Positions 47,685 to 61,152 of a DNA stretch of 64,000 nt are shown here, in pieces. Location of the stretch: contig JBHGNT010000014.1 in the NCBI GenBank assembly GCA_043228905.1, positions 7,006,001 to 7,070,000 on the forward strand, given 5' to 3'. Source of the stretch: Azolla caroliniana. Taxonomy: Eukaryota > Plantae > Polypodiophyta. A program made the position numbers and the translations under genes. The notes under the pieces were generated by a model. The model saw only the letters and a list, made by a program, of their open reading frames with translations. It did no database searches and was not told where the DNA came from. The first letter of the stretch is position 1; each line of letters begins with the position of its first letter.

Positions 47685-49075
47685 CAGTCAGCCATAGTAG
47701 TGGACTAGCAATGAATGTGGAGAAAACAAAAATGATGGTAGTGCAAACCATCCAACCTCATCATTACCCTATGCTCACATATAGAGGTGAACATAAACAA
47801 TTTGTTCAAGGCTTTAAATATCTTGGTATTGATGTACCTACCACAAATTAATGGAGTGCATGCTTTGATTCTAGGCTCCAAGCCGATTGGAAATCGTATT
47901 ACTTTTTGGAGAATCAATGAAACCAAAGTAATACTTGTGGATGGGAAAGTAAAACTAATGTTGTTCAATGTCATGGTAACTCAAGTATTGCTTTATGGGG
48001 TAGAAGTATGAGGTGGCACCATCTCTCTTAATGCATGGAATGAGATTGAGAAAATTCAAAAGATGTTTTTAAGGAGACAATTAGGAGTTAAATGCACTAC
48101 CTCTTACCATGTTATGCTCTTGGAAACAGGTGTTCGACCCATAGAACTATTGACACTCCAAAAAGTATATAAATACATTACAAAAGTCAAGAATATGCCG
48201 AATCATCGATTACCACATCTTGCTTGGAATGTTGGATGTAAGCTACAAAGGAATCATAAAAGTAAGATTCTCTCATCCAGTTGGGTTGTTGAAATAAGGA
48301 AATGGCTTAGAAGATGGGGTTTGGATGATTTTTTAGAGCTTTCGGGAAATGTTATGCAGTATGTAATGATTGAGGAAAGGTTGGTCGAATCATTAAGGAT
48401 GAAGTGGGAAGATGCTAACATGACAAAGCTAGAATACTACATTGCAAATGTCAACCCTCAATGTTGGTCTCAATATAAAGCAAGAATGCTTATTGATCGT
48501 ATCCAAACTTATCTCATTACCAATATGAGTAGTAATGCTCGTAGAGCCCTTACACTATTTCGCACTCGATCTCAAATGTTAGGTATTGAAGTTGCATCAT
48601 GGTATCAAAATGTAACTAATTTGAAGACGTGCAAAGTATGCAACGAAGGCATGGTAGAGGATGAATGTCACTTGCTCTTCACATGCTCGACATATAGTGC
48701 AATTCGTTCAAGATATGCTGACATACTAAGAGGGAGTGATAACTTAAGTGCCATACTTAAGACACCACCGAGAAGGTTGAGCTCATATGTGTGCTTTATT
48801 CACACATAGAGACTTTGTGCTTCAATGTATGAATACCCCTTCTTAGGAAGGAGACACATATCAAGAACACATGTATACTCTGGTCCCATAGGTCAAAATT
48901 GGCCTCTTCATGGACGATAAAAATTCTAATTCTGATTTTGGTTTTGTCTAAATTTGGTGACTGTTGTAATCTTTTGAGTTGCAAACTTAATCTAAGAGCA
49001 TTTTGTCCCAAGTTTTTTTCCTTTTGCATGTTCCGGCGTGATCTTCTAATAGGGACATAACAAACATTACTCATT
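47685..49075 (+). mobile_element. 5'-truncated LINE (RT C-terminus plus CCHC domain; RTE/RTEX-like)
   Basis: GLAMNVEKTK, FKYLGI, VLLYGVEV, CKVC..EDECHLLFTC; frameshifts and stops; ends near CATT-like repeats. Confidence 0.8.
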
Positions 49076-50266
49076 AGACCTCCTTAAAATTCGTCAATGG
49101 GCATTTGTTCATTCCATGTATCATTACAAAAGTAGACTTTGAATAAGAATCTTATTGAAGGCTATAGACTCTATTGATATAAGTAGTTGCTTATCTTAAT
49201 CACAAAAGTTATCTTTAAACTTGAGCAGTAGAGCAATTATTACAAGAAGCGAGGACATTTCTATGAAGACTTTATAACACTAGACACGAGGGTGTTGATA
49301 ATTCCACCTAAACTCTCCAAATTTTGTTAGAGGGGTCGTTTTGTTAGAGGGGTCTTGGTTCAATAAGGCCATGACTTAATATTGCACTGCTCACTTGAAG
49401 ACTAAAAATTTCGTATTGGTCTTTCATATCAATGTCACATTCAATGAGTTACATTCAAGATTTATCCTTTTTGTACTAGAACATTTGCTTGAGTATATGG
49501 ACCCCAACCCATGATTTTTGTTTTATCTCTATTGGGGCACACCTCTTGCCACCCATAATGAATTAAATTTGTGTTCCCCAGATTTTTAGTCAAATCACTC
49601 CATCCTCAATCTTGTGCTCACTTACTCATGTATCCTCAGACTTTGACCCTTCACTAATACCCCATCATTCATGTACACTTATACTAGTCCATTGCACATG
49701 CACATTTTGAGTGACTTAAGGCCACAACCTTCAGCTTCATAAGATCCTACTTCACTCTCTATGTTTGTCCAATGTGATAGTGGTAGTAATGAGTGACATC
49801 ATATAGCAAATGTGAAACATTTTCTATTCAAATGAAATACGTCCGAGTTAGGTCATTTATTAGAGTACTTAATACTTATTTCCTCTCCAATGATAAAGTA
49901 TTAATTGAACATTAATAATTCTCTTTTTGTTGATTTCAATGTGTTAGGCATATATTAGTGTATGACACAACAAATACATACACAATACATTGATAAACGA
50001 TTGTCTGATTGAAGAGAATTTGATTAGAGCATATATTCATGGGCCATGGCCCTAATGTAAATTGGTTATCCAAACATTGTTGGAATGTGTGATAGTAGTT
50101 TAAGTTTTTCCAATTGTGGAAGTATAACCAACCCAAATTTCCAAGGTTGTGGACGTACAATCAACCATGTAAGAGTTATTAGAGTAAACCCATGGGCCGA
50201 TATTTTGTAGCCTTATCCTAATTATAAGATGAGCTAGGTTGGGGTTATGACTCTTTATAAGGTCGT

Positions 50267-51856
50267 TTATAGTGTAGAGTTTCTTGATGTCACGAATGTT
50301 GTCCACCAATGGGGAGGAATTTGAAGGTCATCGAGCAATAAGTTGGAGCTCTTATTGACGAGTGCAAGGTTGCGATTGAGGAAGTCAACGTAGAGATGTA
50401 GAAGACTGTCCGAAAGAGAGTGGAGGTTATTTGTGTGCCCAATATAGTGCACTGGAGAGTTACTTCTTCTTTGATCCACAAACGGTTCGTCTGTACTACG
50501 ATATGCATCAAGAAGATGTAAATAGACCTCAAGGTTGTGTGCATCGGCAAGGCTAGCTGAGGGTTTCAAGAACGGGGAATGACGGTTGTCCAAGTGGAGG
50601 GTGACACCCACGTGGATGTACGAAGAGTGTGCCACGTGTAACAGAGTATCGAGAATCCTGTGCCACGATGGCTCACCGCCACTCATGTGGACGGTGTCGG
50701 GTGCCGATGCCCTGTCCTTTTCATGACTTAAGATCCCGGGGACTTTCGGCACAATATCGTGGGCGTTAACCACGCGTAACACATTGACTTTAAGGTCTTC
50801 GTGGAGCCGGCGCTTGAAGGCAGCGTTTCCTACTCGAGGTGCCGCGAATGAGATGACGGAGATGGGTGCGTCGGCAGAGGAGTTGAGGCCAAGGGAGGCC
50901 ACGTCGTAGGCAGACACTAAAGCCAGGGCACCACCCAGGCTGTGGCCGGTGATGGTGATGCTCACCTCATGTAGAGGATGGGATCCGTAGATGGAAATGA
51001 GGCGCCGGATCTCATCGGTTACTTGCTCCCGTGCACTATGTTCACCCGATGCATAGAGGGTCCAGAAGCCACGCTCTACTCCCACATGATCAAGGGGAAC
51101 ATCACAATTGTGAATGTCGGCCCCAACCCCGTTTCTGTATTCCGGCAGCTCGATGAGAGCCCCGTCCATATCTTCTAACCACTCTTGTTTTGTCACGGTA
51201 CCACGCCATGCCACCACCACATCCCTCCGCCCTATCCTCCTAATCTCCTCCTCATCCTCCATCACCGCGATGAACCCCACCCAACAACCCTGTCCGTCTT
51301 CGTGATTCTCTTCCTTGTGCCGCCATTTCCGCAGCCAATCCGGCAGTAGATGCACCTCCGGCGCCGCATAGATGTATTTTGTCACTTTGTAGCCCCTATT
51401 GGGGAGCCTCGCATGTAATTGCAGGAGCTCAGCCTCCTCGTAAATGCAACACTTCCTCTCGCAATCGAACGCGTCATAAGTGAGCTGAGCGAGGTCTCCG
51501 TACCTGATGATCTCCTCCCTCAGCGCTTGGTCCAAGGGCTCAAGCAAACCCTGCCACTGGTTGCAACCATGATACTCACGCCATCGATCTGCTATAATAT
51601 TGGAAGCCGCCGTCGATGATCTGTTGCCATAGCTAATTTCAGAGGAAGTCGGTATCTCATTAGATTGTGCCATGATGTGCAGGACTTCATGGCCATGGAT
51701 GGGGTAGGATATGCGGGCAGTGATGCGACTTTTAATAGAGGATGGGCCAACTATGGGGCGATGGCAGCTCCCCAGGAATCGATCGCAAGGGAGTGTGGGA
51801 CAGGCATCTGTGCGAATACTATGTTTCGTGTGGATCGGATGAATTGCCGCGGACAT
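50267..51856 (-). CDS. Phospholipase A1, DAD1-like class 3 lipase, possibly with a plastid transit peptide
   Basis: WREYHG..WQGLLEPLD..LREEIIRYG, GRRDVVVAWRGT, ITGHSLGGALA, PRVGN, DIVPKVPG, AHNLEVYLH, ALVNK; single exon. Confidence 0.93.
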   Translation of the reverse strand: MSAAIHPIHTKHSIRTDACPTLPCDRFLGSCHRPIVGPSSIKSRITARISYPIHGHEVLHIMAQSNEIPTSSEISYGNRSSTAASNIIADRWREYHGCNQWQGLLEPLDQALREEIIRYGDLAQLTYDAFDCERKCCIYEEAELLQLHARLPNRGYKVTKYIYAAPEVHLLPDWLRKWRHKEENHEDGQGCWVGFIAVMEDEEEIRRIGRRDVVVAWRGTVTKQEWLEDMDGALIELPEYRNGVGADIHNCDVPLDHVGVERGFWTLYASGEHSAREQVTDEIRRLISIYGSHPLHEVSITITGHSLGGALALVSAYDVASLGLNSSADAPISVISFAAPRVGNAAFKRRLHEDLKVNVLRVVNAHDIVPKVPGILSHEKDRASAPDTVHMSGGEPSWHRILDTLLHVAHSSYIHVGVTLHLDNRHSPFLKPSASLADAHNLEVYLHLLDAYRSTDEPFVDQRRSNSPVHYIGHTNNLHSLSDSLLHLYVDFLNRNLALVNKSSNLLLDDLQIPPHWWTTFVTSRNSTL

Positions 51857-52139
51857 GGTGATGATGATTGAGTCTCTGAGTGAGTGGTGAGTGGAAAGAG
51901 ATGGTGTGTGTGTGTGTGTGTGTGTTTTCTGTGAGCAGAGCGAAATTTTGTTTCTTAGTTGGAGGAGTGCTGCGGGGACATATAAATAATACGCCTAGTC
52001 AGCCACAATGACTTTTTCTCGGTCAAACTTCATACCAAGTCAAACCTCCAGAGAGTGGAAAAAATAATTTGGCTCGTGTCTCATGACCGTGGCTTCTTTA
52101 CTTCTTCTAACAGATAGCTTTGCCTTGTGGTTATACTCT

Positions 52140-52145
<6 letters not shown>

Positions 52146-52173
<28 letters not shown>
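52146..52173. repeat. (GT)n microsatellite upstream of the lipase (another at about 51905-51924)
   Basis: Direct reading. Confidence 0.9.
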
Positions 52174-52176
<3 letters not shown>

Positions 52177-52894
52177 GAGAGGGAGAGAGTCAGAGAGCTT
52201 GCGTAAAATTTACACGAATGACATTCACTTGCATCCTCCAATTATGAGGGCCAAGTTGCCAAACGAAACTACCACACAACCAAATGTTAATGATCTCGTG
52301 TTGCCGAACAAGCTAATCCAACTAATATAGAACACCTACAATTTAATTAGCAACATTCTTGTCAAAATTGGTTTCTTGCATTATCTCTCCTGTGTAGTTT
52401 GAATCATGTCTACAATGAAGTAATTTACATGTTATCATGAAATTAATGGGGACATGTAGATAAATTGACCCTCCTAAGAAGATAATATAACCCTTTATAT
52501 TGCTATATTATCACAATAAAAAACTAGACATACGAAACCCCTTAAGCTTAATGTCATCATTTTAATAGTATGGAAATCAATTTGTTGTTTATCATTTTCA
52601 ACTTGCATCCTATGGAATTATCTTCTTAAGAGAGCTTTGTCAAATAAAGTGAACTGCCCCACATGTTTCACAGGTAAAAGCCCATGGAGAGTGAGTTTAA
52701 ATATGACTTTCCCACACTTATTTTTCCTCATGATAACAATTTAAAAAGAGGGCATCACATGTTGTGTGCCAATTAAAAGTGAATAAAAAAGAAATTTCCA
52801 AATTAAAGCACAAGCACCTCAATTGCATAATCTCCCCAAGCTTGACAAGGTCCTAATTTCAATTTCGATTTTGGTTTGGATTTTATCTTTATTC

Positions 52895-53578
52895 TATTGG
52901 GATGAGATTGAAGATATGTTGAAATGTATAGATAGAGCGTGAAAACAGCAAATACACAGAATAGAGTGCACAAAGTACATAGGTTTTACGTGGAAACCTT
53001 AAACGGGAAAAACCACGGGAACAGATATCCACTATATCCAAGATATACAAGAGAGAACGGATTACAACACTCTCTCTACAGAGTGTATCAACCACACAAG
53101 GCTCTTGGCATCTATTGTTACACAACTATGGCACCGCTCACACGCTCTCTTACGCTATCTTCTGTTCTATAGTTCTGCACTACAACTACAGAAACTCTAT
53201 TCTTCATCATCAACATAATGGTTGCCCTAGGTGTATTTATACTTATACACGATATGGGCTACTTACAAATGTAGTCGCAATTATTATCACTCCTATTACT
53301 ATAGTAATAACAATAACAATTAATCAGTCGACTGATCGACTAGTTGATTCGACAAGTTTACTCTTATGTCGACTATCCAATCGGCCTGACTAGTCAGTCA
53401 TGTCTTCGACTTGGACCACTTAGTATCAACTCTCCCAGTCGACTCTCTCTTAGTCGACTCTCCATGTCTTCGACTATCGGCCCTTAGCTTGACCAGTTGG
53501 CTTCTCCATGTCTTCGACTGTTGGCTTTTACTCGGCCAAACAGTCGGCTCCTCCCATAGGAGGGACATATTCCTAACA
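52895..53578 (-). mobile_element. Solo LTR related to the G/H/K family
   Basis: TATTGG...CTAACA flanked by TSD TATTC; shares CGTGGAAA..GGGAAAAACCACGGGA and GCCCTAGG..TATTTATAC with the G/H LTRs. Confidence 0.85.
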
Positions 53579-53770
53579 TATTCTTTGTTCCAAATCCTGG
53601 TCAATAATTATATCATTATTAATAAAGTTTCCCTTTGGATTTTTCCATATGCTCTCTCTCTCTCTCTCTTTCTCTTTTGGTAAGAACACACAATTATATT
53701 AATAAATGTGTTTGAAAAACACTTCTATGGTATCATAATCAATAATGTCACTACTACACTATGTCGGTGT

Positions 53771-55007
53771 TGTAGTGGGTCCAATGGTAGAAATAAAGTA
53801 AAAGGGGTAAGGTGAGGACCTTGGGAGATATTATTTAGCATATGAAATTCCCATGAATAAAAGTGTTAAGAATTAGGTGATTAACTACGGGTTAATTAGT
53901 ACCTAATTATGTGATTAAGTTAAGTGGAAGATTAAGTGATATGTGTGTGTATGTGTGTGAGAGGAAGAGAGAGAGGAAGATACACTTATGAACAACACAA
54001 GATAGGGGATGAGTAACTATATTAAATTAGCATTATCATCATCAAGATACAAAAATACCCACAATGAGGTATATATACATCTCATGTGGAAAGGTGCACA
54101 TGTGTGAGTAGAATATAGGTACTAAGGTGTAAGTCCTATATTAAATGTACTTAGGAGTGGAGGATCTAGAATATCCCACTTAAGTACAAGGTCCTATTTA
54201 AGGCATTATAGTCAACACTCCTAACTAAATTCTATCTAGGTAGCTACGGAGTTACATGGTAGACTAAATAACTAACTTAAGTTGAGCTTGATCTCTCAAC
54301 ACGCCCCCTCAAGCTCAAGTGTGAGTTGTCCGACATCCGCTTTGGCTTTCGTGGGCTTCGTGTGCTTCCGTCCGGCCTTCGACTTTTTTCGTCGTGGCAA
54401 TCTTGGTTCCTCCCCCTCAAGCCGGTGACGAAGGCTTGTAGTGTGTGGGTGAATGTCGACTACTTCCACCCATCGTGGGTTATGAGCCGCTTCGGTGGAG
54501 CTCTTGGGCTCTTCTTCGGCCACTACCTTGATCGCGAAGGCATAGTGATGGGCCATGTACTTGTTGTAGCCGAACCGAGTGACAGGATTCTTCTCTCTAA
54601 AAGAGTATCAAAGTTTTTCGCTCGCCGATGTGAGCGCCTTCTTTACTTCGGGTGTCTGCATGATAGGTACACCAAACTCACTTTCTAGTGAGGGAGCCGA
54701 CACATTCGAATCACTGTCGTCGGAGTGGTCGACTTCGTATTCGGGCATCTTACCTTTGCCTTTGTCCAAGGTCGTACTTGGCCGCGACGTGTTTGGGTTG
54801 CGCGGGGGCTCTTGTGCTTGACTAAGCCTTGTCGTAATTGGACTTTCTTCGAACATGTGTTCGAAGAGATCTCCATCTTCTACCTCTTGTTTAGTGGATT
54901 CCGGGTCAAGTGGAGTCGGAGTTGAAGTTGTCTCTGGTGCGTACCAGGATGTGGACTCGTTGAAGACTACGTCTCGACTTACCCAAACCGCTCGGGTAGA
55001 AGGGTTG
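53771..55007 (-). mobile_element. Internally deleted Copia I: 3' LTR (~53771-54301) plus INT/RT-linker remnant
   Basis: GTTGAGCTTG..TCAACA followed by the PPT complement; MAHHYAF..EEPKS. Left boundary uncertain. Confidence 0.6.
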
Positions 55008-57458
55008 TGTGAATGTTAATGTGCGGAAGCGTCAGACAGAACTGGCTCAGCCGGATAGCAACAAAAAATGAGATGAAGGTTTAATGGAAAATCATAAAAC
55101 ACAGAGTATATACAAGAGAGACAGAGAGAGTAGAACATAGAACTATATTTAAAAATTAACTCTAAAACTCTGTGCATACAACGTGCTAAACAACACTATT
55201 TATACAAGTCCATAAAGGACTGACAGAAGTACTGACTGGTACTTCAATGCTCACATGGCGACTGACACTAACTACAAGACAATGATTACCTAGTAGTCTA
55301 GGCTACTACAAGGCTTACGGTTCCTGCTCGAATCTGGCTCTCTGATCTGGCTCCCCGAACCGGCCGGTTGTTTCCGGATACCATCCGGATAACGATCCGA
55401 CTCATCCTTCCGGATGTTGATCCAGCTCAGGCTTATTCAGCCGATCCAGATCCGGTTGAGCTTGCTCGCTCAACACTCCCCCTCAAGCTCAACTTGAGGT
55501 CAGATCGTGGTGTTAGTGTCCGCGGCAGCCGGTTCTTCTACCCGGCTCCTTCTGGCGTTGCTCCGCCTCGCTCGCGTTCCTCGTCCGGTCCGGTCTTGTT
55601 TGTCGTGACCCTTCTGGTTCTACCCACCTCAACCTCCTCGGTCGGCTTGTCTGCTCAACAGGCCCATTTCAGCTCCCTCGCTGCTACGACTCCGACACTT
55701 GTCGACCCGTCGGTTCCTTTGTGTTGGCGTTGACTTCCGCTACATCTGTGTCCCCTTGGCCTTTAGTTGATCCGACTTCTCCGAATCTTGAACCGAATCG
55801 GTTTCCTTTGATTCGTTCCAGCTCTTGCTCGAGTCGGTGTTCTCCAACTCATCTTCCGGTTTCAGGCCCTTCAGCACACCGGACCACGTCCGAGTCTTGG
55901 CCGTTTTCTATCGGTCGGCTATGTCCTTCTTGACTCTGCCGCCGCTACCACTTCTTCCGACCTTTTCGGATGTGCCGACTCCTTCGGTCGGCTCGACTTC
56001 CTTTTTCCTCTTGTCTCCCCCTTTGTTGGATCTTTCTTCCTCTCCGTCTCCTTGCCTGGTGCCATCCGTTCCCTTTCCTTTTCTCTCCCTCAAGTGCGGC
56101 ACGTCGAGATGCTAAACACCAAGCATTTTGGTGAAGTGCTGCAACTTGTCCGACCCGAGCGGTTTGGTGAAGATATCAGCAATTTGCCGATCCGTCTAAA
56201 CATACCGAAGTTCTACTTCACCGCTCAAAACCCGCTCACGCACGAAGTGATAATGCACTTCTATGTGCTTCGTCCGAGCATGGAACATGGGGTTCTTGGT
56301 GAGCTGAATGTTGCTCATGTTGTCACAGTAGATCAGGATTGGGGTCAGTACCTCAATCCGTAGGTCTTGCAGCAGTCGCCGAAGCCAGATGGCTTCACAG
56401 GTGGCATTGGTAGTGCCCCGGTACTCAGCCTCAGTGTTGGGTGCTCCAACGAACAACCGCAGTACTTAGAGAAAACACGTAACCGGAGGTGGATCGGCGA
56501 TCTGATGCATCACCAGCCCAGTCGGCATTGGTATATCCGACTAGCTTCCCAGCTATACCGTGTCGGTATAACAGTACCTGGTCCTTCATGTCGCTCACAT
56601 ACCGGAGTATCCGGTGTGCGCACTGAAGGTGCTCGACGGTCAGCTTCTACATGAACTGGTTGATCACTCCAACCGGGTAACTGAGGTCGGGTCGAGTGAT
56701 CATCAAGTATATCAGGCTTCCGACAATTGGTCAGAACCGTTTCTCATCGCAGGCCGGTCCGGAGTTGGGACAAAGCTTCTGGTTCCGGTCCAGGGGTGTG
56801 GAGATAGGTCGGCACTCCTTCATGCCGAACTTGTACAACATATTTAACACATAGTGTCATTGTGAGAGTAGTATGCCAGCGGGGGTTCAGATCACCTTGA
56901 TCCCAAGAAAATAATGAAGGTCCCCTAGGTCCTTCATTTCAAATGTGTTTGATAGCTGGAACTTTACTCGGATGATTTCATTGAGTCTGGATCCAGTGAT
57001 GACTAAATCTTGAACATAAAGTAGGATGCAAACCGGACCGTCCGAACCTTGCCGGATGAACAACAAGGAGTCAGATTTAGAGGTCACAAACCCCATCTTA
57101 CGCAACCGGTGCGTGATCTTCACATTTCAAGCTTGGGGGGCTTGTTTCAGACCATAAAGTGACTTCTTGAGCCGGCACACCACCAACTTGTTCATCTCCA
57201 TCTGAAAGCCGGGAGGTTGGATCATATAGACCCGTTCTTCAAGGTCACCTTGAAGAAACACATTCTTCACGTCCATCTAGTGAAGATGCCAACCCCTTGT
57301 TGCAACAACCGCCAGTACCACACGAACTGTCATCATCTTCGCTACCGGGATGAAGGTCTCATTGTACTCGATGTCGTGGGTCTGTGCGTATCCCTTCGTT
57401 ACTAACCGGGCCTTGTACCGGTTAACCGAACCGTCGGCATTGTACTTTACCTTGTACA
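55008..57458 (-). mobile_element. Copia J (F family): 3' LTR 55008-55475 plus degenerate RH/RT, interrupted by K
   Basis: LTR similar to the reverse complement of the F LTR; PPT complement at 55476; ARTKHIEVHYHF and YKARLV. Confidence 0.85.
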
Positions 57459-60400
57459 TGACGTGAAATATGTGGATTAATCTCCGGCCACAACTAAAGC
57501 GTAGATCACTTGATGACAATCAAAACACAGACGAAATGGGAATGGAGGCAAGTACACCAAAACAGAAAGAGAATACACAGGATATTAATGTGGAAAACCC
57601 TGAGAGGGAAAAACCACGGGAGTCCACAGACTCCAAACTATCACTCTATAAAGTAATACAACAGGGAAAACAGAGGCAACGACCTCTTGCTCACAATCTT
57701 CGCCTAGCGGCGGTTACAACAAAGACATGCTTTGTATCACTCTCTCTGTCTCTTTCTTTGTACAGTTGTTACACAAAAAAAAAAGAGTGTTACATAGAGT
57801 TTGCCCTAGGTCATATTTATACTAATATGACTTTCGGCTATTTACAAAATATAGCCCTCGTGGGCTCTCTGGAACATATTTACATATATGTCCCTTCATC
57901 CGGTGAGAGGTTCTCACCGGACCTGCAACATCCGGTTCTCATTGGGTTTTCCTTGCCGAGTACTCGTCATCCGGTTCTCACCGGGTCTGCCGTTGTCGGG
58001 TACTAGTCATCCGGTTCTCACCTGGTCTTCCATTGTTGGATACTCCACATCCGGTTTCGGCCTCGGCCGAATTGCTCATCAACACTGTTCTTCTCACTTC
58101 CCATCTGGAGGGACCTGTTTCCTAACAAACTCCCCCTTCACTCCGACATGGGATGTCTTACTAGTCCCATCCGCTTCCGACATGCATCCAGCTTGTCGGG
58201 TATGAGTACTTTGGTCAGCATATCTGACCCGTTCTCGGCTGTGTGGATCTTCGTCAGCGTGAACTCTCGATCTTCTACTCACTCCCGGATCCAGTGATAG
58301 CTACGTTGGGTGTGCTTCGTCCTAGAATGGTACGCTGCGTTCTTAGCAAGGTGGATGGCACTTTGACTGTCGCAATAGAGCCGATATTCATCTTGTCGGA
58401 TATCGAGCTCTCCGATGAAGTCCTTCATCCATAGTATTTCCTTGCCGGCTTCCACAGCCACCATGTACTCCGCCTCCGTGGTTGACAACGCAACCGTCTT
58501 CTGCAGCCTCGACTGCCACGAAACAGCTCCCCCCGCATATGTCATTACATACCCGAATGTAGACCGGCTGGTATCCACATCAGCCGACATGTCCGAATCG
58601 GTAAAACCGTCAAGTTCAGGTTTACCGGAGCCGAATCGGAGACACATATTCGAAGTGCCCTTCAAGTACCGAAGTATCCATTTGACCGCGTTCCAATGCT
58701 CCTTGCCGGGATTGCTCATAAACCGGCTCACCACTCCGACTGCGTATCCAATGTCCAGCCGAGTACACACCATTGCGTACATCAAGCTCCCGACGGCAGA
58801 GGCATATGGAACCTTCACCATATCCACCTTCTCTGCTTTCGTCTTCGGGCTTTGCTTACCGGATAGTCTGTAGTCTGCTGGGAGTGTCGATCCGACCGGT
58901 TTTGCTTCTAACATGTTGAACAGTTGAAGCACCTTTGTCATGTATTTCTCCTGTGACAACCACAATTGCTTCTTTGATCGGTCCCGGATGATGTGCATCC
59001 CCAGTATCTGTCTTGCCGGGCCCAAGTCTTTCATTGAGAAAGTTCGGTTGAGAGCCTTCTTCAACATCCGTATTTTGGCTTGGTCCCGTCCGACGATCAA
59101 CATGTCGTCCACGTATAGAAGGAGTATCAAGAAGTCGCCTCCTTCGAACTTCTTTACAAACACGCAGTGATCGGTTTGCGTTTTGTGATACCCTTGGTCG
59201 GCCATGAAGGAGTCAAACTTCCGGTACCATTGTCGGGGAGCCTTCTTCAGTCCGTACAGGCTCTTCTTCAACCGGAAAACCAGGTGCTCCTTCCCTTTCT
59301 CCATGAATCCTTCCGGTTGCTGCATGTAGATCTCCTCTTTGAGGTCACCGTGAAGGAATGTCGTCTTCACGTCCAGCTGCTCTACCTCGAGGTCCATGCT
59401 TGCCGCTATGCTCAACATCGTTCGGATGGAAGTCATCTTTACTACCGGGGCAAATATCTCGTCGAAGTCCACACCCTTCTTCTGCGGGAACCCCTTCACC
59501 ACGATCCTGGTTTTGTATCTCGGGGTTTTGCCGGCATCTCCCGGTTTCAACTTGTACACCCACTTATTTCGGAGTGCCCTCTTTTCTTTCGGCAAATCCA
59601 CCAATTCGTACGTATGGTTCTTATCCAGGGAATCCATCTCATCCTGCCTGGCACTTAACCATTTGCGGCCGTGGGTGTCATCCTTCGCTTCTTCGAAGCT
59701 TTCCGGCTCTCCCTCATCAGTCAGCAGCACATGCTCTGCATCCGGAAATCTCCGGGGGTCCCTTCTTTCTCTGAGAGGATATCTCCGTCTTTGGCCTTCG
59801 GCAACCGGCTCCACTATTTGTTCTTCATCCGAATCTGATTCGGGGTCTTGGCCGGTTCCGATTTCAGCTTCCTCTACTTCTTCTTCTGCCGGTTCGGTAT
59901 CCTCACCGTAACCGGTTGGTTCCTCGAGTGTCAACCGGTTCTTAGCTGGGTGGGTCCGAATCTCATCGGAGTTCATTCTCTTCTTCTCCGACTCCCAATC
60001 AGCAAGAGTCTTGTCCTCCATGAAGATAATATCTCGGCTCCGGAAAGCCTTCTTGTCAACCGGATCCCACACTCGGTAGCCGAACTCATCATCGTCGTAT
60101 CCGAGGAATATGCATGGCCGGGTCTTTGGATCCAACTTTCCTCTCCGGTCCTTAGCAACATGCACCTACGCGAGACACCTGAACACCTTCAGATGCCGGT
60201 AGGACAATTCCTTACCAGTCCACACCTTCTGCGGTGTGTCTCCATCCAAAGGGCACTGAGGGTGATCTGTTTATCACATACGTCGCTATCGACAACGCCT
60301 TAGCCCAAAACGTCTTGGGTAATTTTGCATGCGCTAGCATACTCCGGACCCTCTCCATTATGGTCCGGTTCATCCTCTTAGCCAGCCCGTTTAGTTCCGG

Positions 60401-61152
60401 CATCTTCGGCACGGTAAATTCGAGCCGGATTCCCTTCGAGCGACAGTACTCCTCGAACTGCCCCTAGTATTCACCTCCGTTATCTGCTCGAACCGCTTTC
60501 AGCTTCCGACTAGTTTCTCTTTCCACTCTCGCATTGAGCTCTTTGAAGACGGATAGCACCTGATCCTTCTTCTTCAAAAGTGTGGCCCACAGCTTCCGAC
60601 TGTGTTCATCTATGAACGTCACGAAGTACTGCGATCCGGCATGTGACTTCGTGTCCACTTGGCACACATCAGTATGCACCAACTCCAGTGGTGCATGATG
60701 TCTAATCGGTGGCCTCGATCGGAAGGAGGTCCGGTTTTGTTTACCGGCTAGACAATTAGTGCACTTCTCAAAGTGCACGTTCTTCACTGGAATGAGGTTG
60801 TCATCTGCAAGCCTCTTCATCCCCTTCTCGTTCATGTGACACAGCCTCTTGTGCCACAACTCACCGGTAGTGTCGAAAGCCACGTTCACTTCTTCCGGGC
60901 ATAATCGGGCATTCATCAGGTACAACGTGTTGACCTTCCAGGCCCGAGCCACAATCAGGCTCCCTTTGCTGAAATTCATAACACCGTTCTGGATGCTACC
61001 CGTGTAGCCTTCATCATCTAGCCGACCGGCTGATATCAGGTTCAGAAAAACCTCTAGAACGTGTTGAACATCCTTCAGCATTAGCTTGAATCCGGTTGGT
61101 GTTGTCAACCACACGTCTCCTATGCCGACAATTCGGCATGTAACTTCATTCC
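57459..61152 (-). mobile_element. Copia K (G/H family): 3' LTR 57459-58127 plus degenerate pol, interrupted by L
   Basis: ORFs 58279..60165, 60212..60412 and 60464..61174 are homologous to H pol; PPT complement at 58128. Confidence 0.9.

Noticed and set aside
49080-50260. Possible gene or element between the LINE and the lipase
   Set aside because: AT-rich with only a short TTTTGTTAGAGGGGTC duplication; no supportable feature.
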